Shown here piece by piece: positions 9,196 to 17,903 of a DNA stretch of 40,317 bases. The stretch spans positions 1-40,317 of IMG/VR virus record IMGVR_UViG_3300020045_004202; one strand, 5' to 3'. Below the pieces are notes generated by a model. That model saw nothing but the letters and a program-made list of their open reading frames with translations. It was not told where the DNA came from and did not search any database. The translations under genes and the position numbers were made by a program. Position 1 is the first letter of the stretch. Every line of letters begins with the position of its first letter. The DNA is from a virus (taxonomy: Duplodnaviria; Caudoviricetes).

Positions 9196-9636
9196 TTATT
9201 TTTCCACTTTTTTAACACTCTTCACCCTCACCCAATTCAAGCAATCCGTTTCCTTTACCAAATAAACCAGATAAGCCGATCCGGTGTAACAAATTTCAAT
9301 TCCTGTTTTGGGCGCCGACTGATCACGTGAACTTGCCTCATGCGAAAGCCAACCCGATGAAATTTTCTCAACGTTCCAAAACTCAAAAGATTCCGATCCT
9401 GTAATCAGCGTCACTTTGTATCGCTTTCCTTTCACTTCTCGATTTGAGCAGAAAAACATGATTATTGCAGCCTGTTTATCTGACTCGATAAATTCGCGTA
9501 ACGTATCAAAATAAGCAAAGAAACGACCGGATAAAGCTATCTGATTTGATGTATCAGGTAGTTCGTATAACTTTTGTGTTGCCGTGTCAAATACGCAAAC
9601 ATTTGGCGAGTCTGTGGGTACGATGCGGAGGGTCAT
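9196..9636 (-). CDS. hypothetical protein
   Basis: ATGA overlap with the YopX gene. Confidence 0.6.
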   Translation of the reverse strand: MTLRIVPTDSPNVCVFDTATQKLYELPDTSNQIALSGRFFAYFDTLREFIESDKQAAIIMFFCSNREVKGKRYKVTLITGSESFEFWNVEKISSGWLSHEASSRDQSAPKTGIEICYTGSAYLVYLVKETDCLNWVRVKSVKKVEK

Positions 9637-10013
9637 AAAAGCTCAGTATTGTCGTGAATGTTGCCGATGACTTCGATTTCATGTATTTTAACCCAATCTG
9701 ATTCATGGCAATATTCATCACTTATTTTTTTAAATATCCCAAAGCAAGCCCAAAGATCATCCCATTTTACAAATCCTTCTTCCAATTTTTTTGAGTACGG
9801 TTGGTAATATTTAATAGAATCCCCCTCAAATATCTTAACTCCGTTTTTATCTGTTAATCCGGTGAATTGGCCGACGGTTTTAGGATCAACTTCGTAATTA
9901 TCAGGACTAGAAATACTTTCTTCATTAAAAATAAATCTGAAGTCATACGTTGGCATCCCATAAACCCATATACCTAATTTTGTTTTCCCTCTGAAAATAA
10001 TTTGTCGTTTCAT
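9633..10013 (-). CDS. YopX family protein
   Basis: IIFRGK...WVYG...TVGQFTGLTDKNGVKIFEGD...EVIGNIHDN.ELL. Confidence 0.9.
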   Translation of the reverse strand: MKRQIIFRGKTKLGIWVYGMPTYDFRFIFNEESISSPDNYEVDPKTVGQFTGLTDKNGVKIFEGDSIKYYQPYSKKLEEGFVKWDDLWACFGIFKKISDEYCHESDWVKIHEIEVIGNIHDNTELL

Positions 10014-10339
10014 AATATTTCTTCAATTTGTTTTTTAAATTCGTCAAAACTTCGTACTAAATAATAATTAATTCCCTGCTTATTTACTTTTCCCTGCCAT
10101 TCAATTTGTGCCGGCGATTGCCGTCCTATTTCAGTTTTAAACTCAAAACAGTACAATGTCCCGCGCCAAATAAAAAGGCAGTCAGATACGCCAGGAATTA
10201 GCCCTACTGCCTTACGTTGCATTGCCCGGGAAATGTGTTCTGAATTATTTGTTACTGAAAAGAACAGCCCGCGCGTATGTGTGTGCGTATTCCACAACCA
10301 CATGACGCACGATGCTTGAATTTGGGATTCGCTAAGCAT
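10010..10339 (-). CDS. VRR-NUC domain nuclease (putative resolvase)
   Basis: SESQIQ...G.IPGVSD....G....FEFKT..GRQSPAQ.EW; start at 10339. Confidence 0.85.
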   Translation of the reverse strand: MLSESQIQASCVMWLWNTHTHTRGLFFSVTNNSEHISRAMQRKAVGLIPGVSDCLFIWRGTLYCFEFKTEIGRQSPAQIEWQGKVNKQGINYYLVRSFDEFKKQIEEIL

Positions 10340-10979
10340 TGGGAATGATTTTGGCCCATTTGCCGTGCCTATAAATAACTCCACGTTCTTGCCTAACTGC
10401 AATAAATTTCTCAGGAAAATAATAAAAATAAGCTTCTTTTTCAGCGACATCCTCTATATCTGTACACAATTCGATAAACTTCGTCCCCACCGGATACCTC
10501 CGTTTCGCTTCAGCCAGCAATTCTTCTTTCGTGGCAGTTGTCCAGTCTCTGTCAGGTTCGGATTTTACAAACTGCCCGCGTTCGTTTCGCTTGCGTTCCA
10601 ATTTTGATTTTAATTCTGTGATTTCACACGCAAGCCGATAACGTTCCGCGCTAAGTTCTTCAACTTCGGCCTTCGTTTTCTCAGACGCTTCCTTAATTGC
10701 TGCATACTTTAGCATCAATCGAACGTGAATATCGCCCTGAGTGTCGTTAAACGCTCGCTCTTCGGCAAGTTCAGCGGCAAGTTTATCGTACTCTTCATGT
10801 TTTTGAGCTTTCTCAATTTCTGAGAATTTACGCCACTTTTTTAGCTTTTTGAGTTCGTGACGGATTTCGTAATTACGAAGCAACGTAGAGACAAGCCATG
10901 CAATTGATATTGCAGCGATAATGATTGATCCGATAAACAATGAGTCCCGTAATGATTGGGTAAATTCTAATGAGTTCAT
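10332..10979 (-). CDS. membrane-anchored coiled-coil protein
   Basis: N-terminal TM, long E/K-rich coiled coil, RNERGQFVK motif, C-terminal EELLAEAKRRYPVGTKF...GKWAKII module. Confidence 0.65.
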   Translation of the reverse strand: MNSLEFTQSLRDSLFIGSIIIAAISIAWLVSTLLRNYEIRHELKKLKKWRKFSEIEKAQKHEEYDKLAAELAEERAFNDTQGDIHVRLMLKYAAIKEASEKTKAEVEELSAERYRLACEITELKSKLERKRNERGQFVKSEPDRDWTTATKEELLAEAKRRYPVGTKFIELCTDIEDVAEKEAYFYYFPEKFIAVRQERGVIYRHGKWAKIIPNA

Positions 10980-11083
10980 TTTGATTTGTTTTTACTTGTT
11001 AGTACTAAGATTACAATTATTATAATAATGATAATTAATGCGTAATAATCTGGCATTGCGTCGATGCGGTCGAGTAGGTTCAT
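10976..11083 (-). CDS. 35-aa single-TM peptide (not in ORF track)
   Basis: MNLLDRIDAMPDYYALIIIIIIIVILVLTSKNKSK*; ATGA overlap with the downstream gene. Confidence 0.6.
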   Translation of the reverse strand: MNLLDRIDAMPDYYALIIIIIIIVILVLTSKNKSK

Positions 11084-11084
11084 A

Positions 11085-11207
11085 CTATCTGAATAAGAAG
11101 TTGAAAACGTCGTACCCAAATGCAGCCGCAAAAATCATAGCAGTAAATGAAATGTAAGCAATAGCAGCGATCAAATTTACTTTCCAATTTGGTAATCGTT
11201 TTTTCAT
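11085..11207 (-). CDS. 40-aa single-TM peptide (not in ORF track)
   Basis: MKKRLPNWKVNLIAAIAYISFTAMIFAAAFGYDVFNFLFR*; directly follows the promoter and leader motif. Confidence 0.6.
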   Translation of the reverse strand: MKKRLPNWKVNLIAAIAYISFTAMIFAAAFGYDVFNFLFR

Positions 11208-11253
11208 ATCGTTTGCCCGTTATGCCGATAGCTAAGCGTTGATTAATAATGAT

Positions 11254-11286
11254 CAAATATAAACACAATTGTGTCAATGTGCAAAA
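11254..11286 (-). promoter_or_regulatory. promoter with palindrome ACACAATTGTGT
   Basis: Minus strand TTTGCACATTG-ACACAATTGTGT-T-TATATTTG: consensus -33 TTTG and -7 TAnnTTTG. Confidence 0.75.
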
Positions 11287-11320
11287 TGTTTAAAAACATA
11301 TTAAATTATGAAAATAAACA

Positions 11321-11368
11321 ACCCTAACTTTGTGCCAAATTTTGATCAAAATTACCCTAACTTTGTGC
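11321..11368. repeat. 15-bp direct repeats flanking a 16-bp palindrome
   Basis: ACCCTAACTTTGTGC at 11321 and 11354; AATTTTGATCAAAATT at 11338-11353. Confidence 0.8.
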
Positions 11369-11369
11369 A

Positions 11370-13727
11370 TCAAAACGGAATTTCGTCTTCCGTCTTCCCT
11401 TTCTCCTGCATCGGAGTATTTACCACCCCATATTCCAGATACATTCTACCCTGTCCGCAATCAACTGTTTTCCAATCGTTATATTTTCCCCACTCACGCA
11501 TCCAGTCGTAAAATTGATTTGATGATTTTATGTAAGAACCAGGATTCTCGTTAATGAATTGTTTGAAAGTATCGTTCCGGTTATGCCGTGAATCATTCAC
11601 AAGCCACATCTTAGCAAACTCGACAAACTCTTCCGACGTTTCGCTGATCAGTTTTTTGATTTTAAGGTTCACAAAATCAACTTTAATAAGTCCTTCAGTC
11701 AAATACAATTTAATGCAATCTAACATCAAATTATCAAACTTATTCCATTCGTTAGAATCCCAATCAGTCCAAAAGTTTTTCTTAAAATCGTCAATCGGTT
11801 GAAATGAATCCGAGTAATGTGGGAAAAACTCAACTTCAAATTTCCGTCGTTCGTGTGATGAACTTGAACCTTTCAGTACGTTGTTTGTCGGGATTCCAAT
11901 CTTCGGTGAGTCGGCAGGGTCGAGATAGATTTCGCCTTTATTCTTTTTGTTGATAGGCCATCCGGTTGTAAGGATTGAAAATATTGATTCAAAATTGAAA
12001 TTTCGGGCAGTATCGTCCAGAACCACTATTTCAGTATCCGGATTAACACGCTGCCATGTAAAGTCTTTGTTCGGGTCAAATGATTTCCCATTGATAAAAA
12101 CAGTAACCCTGATCTTTGACATTGCCAAAAATATTAATCCCTTACCTGTTCCTCCGGCTGGATTTGAACTAATTACTTCTTCGTTAGCAATGAGCGCCCG
12201 AACTGTTGAAGGGTCTTTAAATCTGTGCATCATGTACCCAATGCCTGACATTAGCGATTGGCAGCGTCGTATATTTCCGGCTGATACGTTTAATAGGAAC
12301 CTTGCAAAATCACAATCTGATCCATTTGGAATAAAATCCCGATCGATGATTTGCGACTTCCAGATGTAACCTCCCATCAAATCAATGTACGGTACCAACT
12401 CAATTCCGTCTTTTGACACGCAAACGGCAGTATTTCGGTAAAATACCCAGCTCGTAAACTTTGTATCACGAATAATTGCAGGTTTCTTGACTTCTAAAAA
12501 TGCAATGTATTTCTTTTCAAACTTTGAATCTCCGGCAAATAGATTGTAGGCCGCTGTTTCATTTTGACGTAAAAGATAATTTAGTACAAAATCTTTTATC
12601 ATGTCAATAGTAACCACTTCAATCACATTCTGAACTATCCGGATAAAACTGATGTCCTCAGGATTAAACCGGTATTTGAAAAATCCATTTTGCTCCAGGA
12701 ACTTTTTAAGGTTGAGATAGTCAACTTTTATCGCCCCACGGCCGGAGTATGACCAAAAAATATATGGTACTGTTTCCGCCTCAGTTTCCGGCTCGTCAAG
12801 TTCAATGATCAAATCCGGATCAAAGCGGTCTGATACGTTAGGAACTTCTTCGGGGTGTATAGTTATCCCGTAATTTTTGGCAATGAAAAATATCTTTGCC
12901 ATTGTCGCTTTTCCTGTTGAAGTGCGGAGGCAATAATCAAATTGTTTGCTGCATTTGCCCGGCTCAAATCCGGTGTTAAAACGGCTTAAACGTTCAAAGT
13001 ATATTAAACCTTGATCTTTGTAAACGTCTGCTAATACCAGCCCAATATCAACCCAATCTTTATAATTTTGAGTAATGTCAATTCGTTGTGATTCGATGAC
13101 CTGTAAAAGCGTTTCAATGTCGGTATCTTCTCCTGTTGATTCATGTCGGATATGTTCGCGGGGGGTCGTTGGCTCCTTTGTGCGGATAATGCCGGTAAAT
13201 GTCTCAGCATATTGATTAACGTAAATATGCGGATCGTACGACTCAAAGCAAACGCGACTCCATCCCTTTACATTGTGGTCAAAATGTCGGCATGACTCAA
13301 ATTCTTTTGCAATCGCTTCAAATCGTAGGTTATGCTCTTCGTTTGTTTTACATTCGGGTATCAGCCAGATAACTTTCAGGCCGTTACCGCTTGGTGACGT
13401 AAAGCATGAATAAGTGTGTTTATTCGCTTGAATCTTTGTACGCCATAATTGCATTTCACGTTCAGGTATCCCGTCAAAATCAAGGCAGATATATCCGGAG
13501 TGCGCCACCATTGATTCGTTATTGCGTTTCGTAAATTCGCCTGAGAAGCATATCCAAAACAGCCGCTTTTTTAGCGTGTCGCGTTTTTGTTTATTGGTTT
13601 CGCTCCTGATTTGTTCGATTAAATGACGGTTATTGCCTCGCTTGATGCGGTCTAGTACCTCATCTATTTCAAAGTATTGTGATTGACTATCAGAGTCGAT
13701 TGATTTGAACACGGTTATTTTTCCCAT
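11370..13727 (-). CDS. primase-helicase (BT4734/VirE-N + PriCT-2 + P-loop helicase)
   Basis: K..L..ICFSG.F..R......HSG.ICLDFD, FTSPSGNGLKV, R.CFESYDP; PriCT-2 YKDWVDIG...F.RLS; Walker A GGTGKG and VVLDD. Confidence 0.9.
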   Translation of the reverse strand: MGKITVFKSIDSDSQSQYFEIDEVLDRIKRGNNRHLIEQIRSETNKQKRDTLKKRLFWICFSGEFTKRNNESMVAHSGYICLDFDGIPEREMQLWRTKIQANKHTYSCFTSPSGNGLKVIWLIPECKTNEEHNLRFEAIAKEFESCRHFDHNVKGWSRVCFESYDPHIYVNQYAETFTGIIRTKEPTTPREHIRHESTGEDTDIETLLQVIESQRIDITQNYKDWVDIGLVLADVYKDQGLIYFERLSRFNTGFEPGKCSKQFDYCLRTSTGKATMAKIFFIAKNYGITIHPEEVPNVSDRFDPDLIIELDEPETEAETVPYIFWSYSGRGAIKVDYLNLKKFLEQNGFFKYRFNPEDISFIRIVQNVIEVVTIDMIKDFVLNYLLRQNETAAYNLFAGDSKFEKKYIAFLEVKKPAIIRDTKFTSWVFYRNTAVCVSKDGIELVPYIDLMGGYIWKSQIIDRDFIPNGSDCDFARFLLNVSAGNIRRCQSLMSGIGYMMHRFKDPSTVRALIANEEVISSNPAGGTGKGLIFLAMSKIRVTVFINGKSFDPNKDFTWQRVNPDTEIVVLDDTARNFNFESIFSILTTGWPINKKNKGEIYLDPADSPKIGIPTNNVLKGSSSSHERRKFEVEFFPHYSDSFQPIDDFKKNFWTDWDSNEWNKFDNLMLDCIKLYLTEGLIKVDFVNLKIKKLISETSEEFVEFAKMWLVNDSRHNRNDTFKQFINENPGSYIKSSNQFYDWMREWGKYNDWKTVDCGQGRMYLEYGVVNTPMQEKGKTEDEIPF

Positions 13728-13760
13728 GTCGGTAGGATTAGGATTAGTTGAGGAACTAAG

Positions 13761-14117
13761 TTATTTTAATTCAATTGGGCGCCAATGGGTGATAGACCCT
13801 TGCAATGTTCCGCTTCCACTCCACTGCCAGTCGTTGTCTAAAAACTTTGATCGAGTAGTAATACCATATTTACTGTTTGAAGTTTTATAAATTACTTTAT
13901 CAGTATTCTTATACTTTTCAGTCAATCCTGAATATATCTTCATACACTTTTCTGGAAGTTCTTCTTCAACTGGAATCCATCGTTTAGCAAATTCTACGCC
14001 AGCCTTAAAAGACTCTACTGATAAATTTGTACATGGTCCGTTTTCTATGTTAGCGTAATAAATTTTCTCTCCGCTTTCTTTTTCAAATTCAATTGCGGCT
14101 TCGTTAATCGTTTTCAT
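13761..14117 (-). CDS. hypothetical protein (DUF551-like)
   Basis: FKAGVEFA.RWIPVEEELP...ITHWRPI. Confidence 0.65.
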   Translation of the reverse strand: MKTINEAAIEFEKESGEKIYYANIENGPCTNLSVESFKAGVEFAKRWIPVEEELPEKCMKIYSGLTEKYKNTDKVIYKTSNSKYGITTRSKFLDNDWQWSGSGTLQGSITHWRPIELK

Positions 14118-14389
14118 TTGATTATCCCCTCACGTTTAAGAATCCCGTCAACCGCATCAATAATCTCATTAATTATCGGCTCATGAACTTTCGGAATTGA
14201 ATCATGGCGAATAACTGAACGCGTACCTGAAAATATACGGCTAATTTCGCCCCAGTTAAAAATCTTTTTTCGTTTTTCAATTTTGGTTTTTGCTAACCTA
14301 ATTTCCTTTTCGTACTGTTCTCGGCGTTCGCTGCCACGTTCACCGATAATCTGGTCTTTAGCTTCGTCAAGTGATGTTAATTTTGACAT
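14114..14389 (-). CDS. small protein with antitoxin-like N-terminus and putative DNA-binding C-terminus
   Basis: LTSLDEAKDQIIGERGSERREQYE followed by IFNWGEISRIFSG; has its own promoter. Confidence 0.5.
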   Translation of the reverse strand: MSKLTSLDEAKDQIIGERGSERREQYEKEIRLAKTKIEKRKKIFNWGEISRIFSGTRSVIRHDSIPKVHEPIINEIIDAVDGILKREGIIK

Positions 14390-14508
14390 TGTATAAGTTT
14401 TTAAGTGTTAGCACAAATGTATTAAAATAAAATGAAACAACCAGACAAATTGATTTCAAGGCGTGAAAGTTTTTTTAGTCTGGCTGTTTTTCTCCGAGTG
14501 TTTACATA

Positions 14509-15288
14509 TTAGAAAAGTGTTTGTTGCATTAAATAAGGGTTGATTCGTTTGTTTGCCATTGTAACGTACTCTTGACTAATTTCGCTTCCAATCCAATTAC
14601 GTTTTTGTAAGTGTGCCATTTTTGCAGTAGTTCCAGAACCCATAAAAGGATCATAAACTAAATCTCCTTCGTTTGACCAAGAAAAAATATGATCTGCAAC
14701 TAGTTTTTCAGGGAATGGCGCAGGGTGATCTGTAACATCATTGCATCCAACTGCATAATACAAAACATTTGTCCTTATTGAATATTGTTCTGCTACTTTT
14801 CTAGTAGCATCACTTCTTGTTCCAACTTTTTCGCTTTTTTGTGAAATTGATTTTTTCTTTCCAGCTGTTGAATTTGGAATATCTTTCAATCTATTTACTG
14901 TTTTTGGTGTTCCTTTTGATATAATAAACATATATTCAAATGATTGCCAATAAGCCAAATTACTACCCTTTGCGCCTGTTCCTGCTTGTTGGTAAATCAT
15001 TGTATCATGTACATTAAAACCAATCTCTTTAAAGTAAAGTGCCTGTTTAAATGATGTAAGACTTTCGCATCCATCTAGTGTTTGATCCCCAACAATCCAG
15101 ACAACTATGCCACCATCTTTAGTAACTCGATACAATTCCTTTGCGATACTTTCAAAGTCAAATGAATATCCATTGTATGTTCTTAATCCGTCATAAGGTG
15201 GAGAAGTAACAGTTAAGTCAATAAAATTATTAGGCATTTTTGACATAGTTTCTAAATTGTTTTCACAATAAATTTTGTTTAGTTCCAT
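14509..15288 (-). CDS. DNA methyltransferase, N4-C/N6-A type (beta class)
   Basis: DLTVTSPPY...HPAPFPEKL...VYDPFMGSGTT...IGSEI. Confidence 0.92.
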   Translation of the reverse strand: MELNKIYCENNLETMSKMPNNFIDLTVTSPPYDGLRTYNGYSFDFESIAKELYRVTKDGGIVVWIVGDQTLDGCESLTSFKQALYFKEIGFNVHDTMIYQQAGTGAKGSNLAYWQSFEYMFIISKGTPKTVNRLKDIPNSTAGKKKSISQKSEKVGTRSDATRKVAEQYSIRTNVLYYAVGCNDVTDHPAPFPEKLVADHIFSWSNEGDLVYDPFMGSGTTAKMAHLQKRNWIGSEISQEYVTMANKRINPYLMQQTLF

Positions 15289-15331
15289 CATATTTTCGTT
15301 TATTTGATTAGCACAAATGTAGTATTAATTT

Positions 15332-16933
15332 TTAACTCACAACCTTTTCATCAAACTTTTTTATCGCTGATTCATAACGTCTGGCAGTAATCTCGATCCA
15401 CGTTGATTTGTACTTTCTTGATTTGGCATATTCAATCAGTCCATCCATTCCAGATTTGGCAATAATCTGATTCAATACCCATCCAAATTTATACCCGCGC
15501 GATTCGGCAATCTGTTCAAGTTCATCAAAATAATTGCGTTCAGGTAGTTGAACATGGTCAGTATTATAGTCAATTTGCACAAGTTCAGCAAACTTTAATT
15601 CTTTTTCAAGTTCGAAAATGTATCCGCAAAAATCACAAATACGCGAAGATGCGAATACATAAGCTTCACAACCACAATTGCCGTTTTTATCTGTGTGACG
15701 TTTTCCTGCCATTGTTCCGCATTGTTTAACCGGAGGCGCGCCACCGCCTTTACTTTCTTCATGATACAGTGACCAATTACGCTGTTGGTTGTAATATCCA
15801 AGTTCAGCGGCATTATTCCCGAAATCGAGAATGTTGAAGTGAGACTTACTTGGGTACGTTCGTGATCCACGCCCCAACATTTGCAACCATAAAGGTATTG
15901 AGGTTGTCGCCCTGTTAATAATGATCGTTTCAATATCTTTGCGGTTAAATCCGGTTGTTAGTATTCCAGCATTCCAAAGTACGTCGTATTTGCGCTGTTT
16001 CCAGTCTGAAACTACATGATTTCGGTCGCCTGAATATTTACGGTACGCATCGCGGAAATTTTCGTATTCAGCGAGTTTTATGTCATACTTTACTTTTGCC
16101 GCTTCACCGGTGCCCATGATTGGTGGTGCAACGTCTGAAGTCAAGAATCGCGCGTCGATCCCTTTTTCATTGAACGCCTTGCAAGTATTGATGACATGCT
16201 GTATGTTTACACCGAATCCAAGTGTCGCAGTTCCTGGCACATTTTTAATCCAATTCTCAACAACTCCGGCATACAATTCCCGTTTATTAAACCGCTCATA
16301 CATTCCTGATTCCTGATAGTCTCCGAATGAGTTTAACTTTACGCCTTTAACATTTGCACCTGAAATACCGAAGTACTTATCAGGTACCAATTTACCGAGG
16401 CGTATCAATTCAGGTACTTGCAAACCTTGTATCAGTACTTCATAATCAGCAGCTAGCTGTCTTTGTTTTGCCATTCTCTGAGGCGTGGCACTGAATCCTA
16501 AGATAATCGCACCATTAAAGGCATCGTTCTCAAAATACGGGTTAAACTCCTGTTTATGGCATTCGTCCATAATCACTACATCAAACGATTTAAAAAAGCG
16601 CGGCCATTGTCCGATTCTTCGCCTGAGTGTTTGCGACATTGCAATGTAAACCTGATGAGTTAGCGGTGGTTCTACCATTTGCCCGGCCATAATATTGAAT
16701 GGGTGCAATTTAAATTGCTGCAACGTTCCACCGGTTTCAAAAAGTAGTTCAACGCGGTCGGTAATTATTAAGGCACGTTTTTGTTTGCGTTCCATCTCTT
16801 TTACTATGTAACTAAACATGACGGTCTTTCCTGATCCGGTTGGTGACTGTATAAGTATATGCTTTTTTCCTTTCGAAAGTTCAGCACGGACTTGGGAAAT
16901 TAAGTCGAATTGGTAGGGGTAAAGTTGGATCAT
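15332..16933 (-). CDS. SF2 DExH-box helicase with C-terminal Zn ribbon
   Basis: LYPYQ, SPTGSGKT, MDECH, SATP, TTGFN, QMLGRGSR, Cys cluster. Confidence 0.92.
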   Translation of the reverse strand: MIQLYPYQFDLISQVRAELSKGKKHILIQSPTGSGKTVMFSYIVKEMERKQKRALIITDRVELLFETGGTLQQFKLHPFNIMAGQMVEPPLTHQVYIAMSQTLRRRIGQWPRFFKSFDVVIMDECHKQEFNPYFENDAFNGAIILGFSATPQRMAKQRQLAADYEVLIQGLQVPELIRLGKLVPDKYFGISGANVKGVKLNSFGDYQESGMYERFNKRELYAGVVENWIKNVPGTATLGFGVNIQHVINTCKAFNEKGIDARFLTSDVAPPIMGTGEAAKVKYDIKLAEYENFRDAYRKYSGDRNHVVSDWKQRKYDVLWNAGILTTGFNRKDIETIIINRATTSIPLWLQMLGRGSRTYPSKSHFNILDFGNNAAELGYYNQQRNWSLYHEESKGGGAPPVKQCGTMAGKRHTDKNGNCGCEAYVFASSRICDFCGYIFELEKELKFAELVQIDYNTDHVQLPERNYFDELEQIAESRGYKFGWVLNQIIAKSGMDGLIEYAKSRKYKSTWIEITARRYESAIKKFDEKVVS

Positions 16934-16937
16934 TAGG

Positions 16938-17162
16938 TTACTTTTTCAGCTTTAGAATTGACTCTTTGTCAACTTCGTAAGTAAAGACTGGACGCGGATC
17001 AAATTTAGAGTCCGGATGTTGCCCTGAGGCAATTGACGCATTTTCAGCAGCATCGTCCAAAGCTTCATTGTATGCTTCCTTTTGAGCCATCTCAATAACA
17101 TCTTTCAGTTTTAATACAGGGCTGACCATATAATCATTCGCCCATTCTTTCGGTGTTCTCAT
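16938..17162 (-). CDS. hypothetical protein
   Basis: Packed in the operon; AYNEALDDAAENA...VDKESILKLKK. Confidence 0.6.
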   Translation of the reverse strand: MRTPKEWANDYMVSPVLKLKDVIEMAQKEAYNEALDDAAENASIASGQHPDSKFDPRPVFTYEVDKESILKLKK

Positions 17163-17164
17163 TT

Positions 17165-17365
17165 TTACCAGATTGTTAATTGATTAGTGTTAATTTTGTT
17201 TACTTCAGCAACCTTTGCCCCGTTACGGTTATCCCAATACAGCGAAGCAATCCACGCAAAACGCAATAATTTAACGTGTCCAAGATTGTACTTAAATCCG
17301 GACTTTTGCCAATTGCGGATAATTCGCTTTTGAAAACGGAGTGGTGATTGGTAGAAGGTTTGCAT
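17165..17365 (-). CDS. hypothetical protein
   Basis: Packed in the operon. Confidence 0.5.
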   Translation of the reverse strand: MQTFYQSPLRFQKRIIRNWQKSGFKYNLGHVKLLRFAWIASLYWDNRNGAKVAEVNKINTNQLTIW

Positions 17366-17415
17366 TGCGTGATCTTGCGCTAGTTGCTAATTAAATTTGT
17401 TTTCACTTGCTAAAT

Positions 17416-17451
17416 AAAGCCTGACTGCATGATTTTAACAATCAGGCTTTT
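17416..17451. terminator. hairpin, possible bidirectional terminator
   Basis: AAAGCCTGA...TCAGGCTTT downstream of the SSB-like gene. Confidence 0.55.
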
Positions 17452-17479
17452 AATGTGCGTTTTGCTAATTACGTCTCGA

Positions 17480-17857
17480 CTAGAATGGCAAATCATCCTC
17501 AGGTTGCGCCCCAGCGTCAAACTGTTCTGACGTATTCACTTCAGCGGTTGGCACGCTCCAATCTTTCAGGTTCCCAAGGAACGGGGTGTATTTTCCAGCA
17601 GCTTTTAGCGCTTCTTTGATTTCCTTTTTCGGATTAATCTTAATCGTGTGCGTTTGACCGTTTTTTTGCTTCTCTGGTGCAATATCGTACACGGCTATTC
17701 CCTGATGCAAATAGACTTTACCGTCTTTTTCGGTTTTCTCAATGTAATTCGATTCAAGCGGAAGAATCACACATTCAATCGGTCCGTTCTTACCTTTTAC
17801 CATTGTTACGATGTGTTCCATCGCACTGTAATTCAATTGTCCTGTTAGTGTACTCAT
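17480..17857 (-). CDS. putative single-stranded DNA-binding protein
   Basis: Acidic tail EDDLPF; downstream of Sak and exonuclease; start MSTLTGQ after the leader motif. Confidence 0.7.
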   Translation of the reverse strand: MSTLTGQLNYSAMEHIVTMVKGKNGPIECVILPLESNYIEKTEKDGKVYLHQGIAVYDIAPEKQKNGQTHTIKINPKKEIKEALKAAGKYTPFLGNLKDWSVPTAEVNTSEQFDAGAQPEDDLPF

Positions 17858-17864
17858 TTTATGT

Positions 17865-17895
17865 TTGCCCGTCATCCCGATAGCAAAGGGGTTAA
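17865..17895 (-). repeat. 31-bp leader repeat, copy 1
   Basis: TTAACCCCTTTGCTATCGGGATGACGGGCAA, identical to 19432-19462. Confidence 0.85.
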
Positions 17896-17903
17896 GTGTT
17901 GTG

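Noticed and set aside
11080-11277. 65-aa minus-strand ORF
   Set aside because: Starts inside the promoter/operator; the 40-aa ORF in another frame fits the leader and coupling better.
11308-12369. Plus-strand ORFs over the primase, and similar nested ORFs elsewhere
   Set aside because: Antisense or alternate-frame shadows of well-supported genes, with no recognisable motifs.
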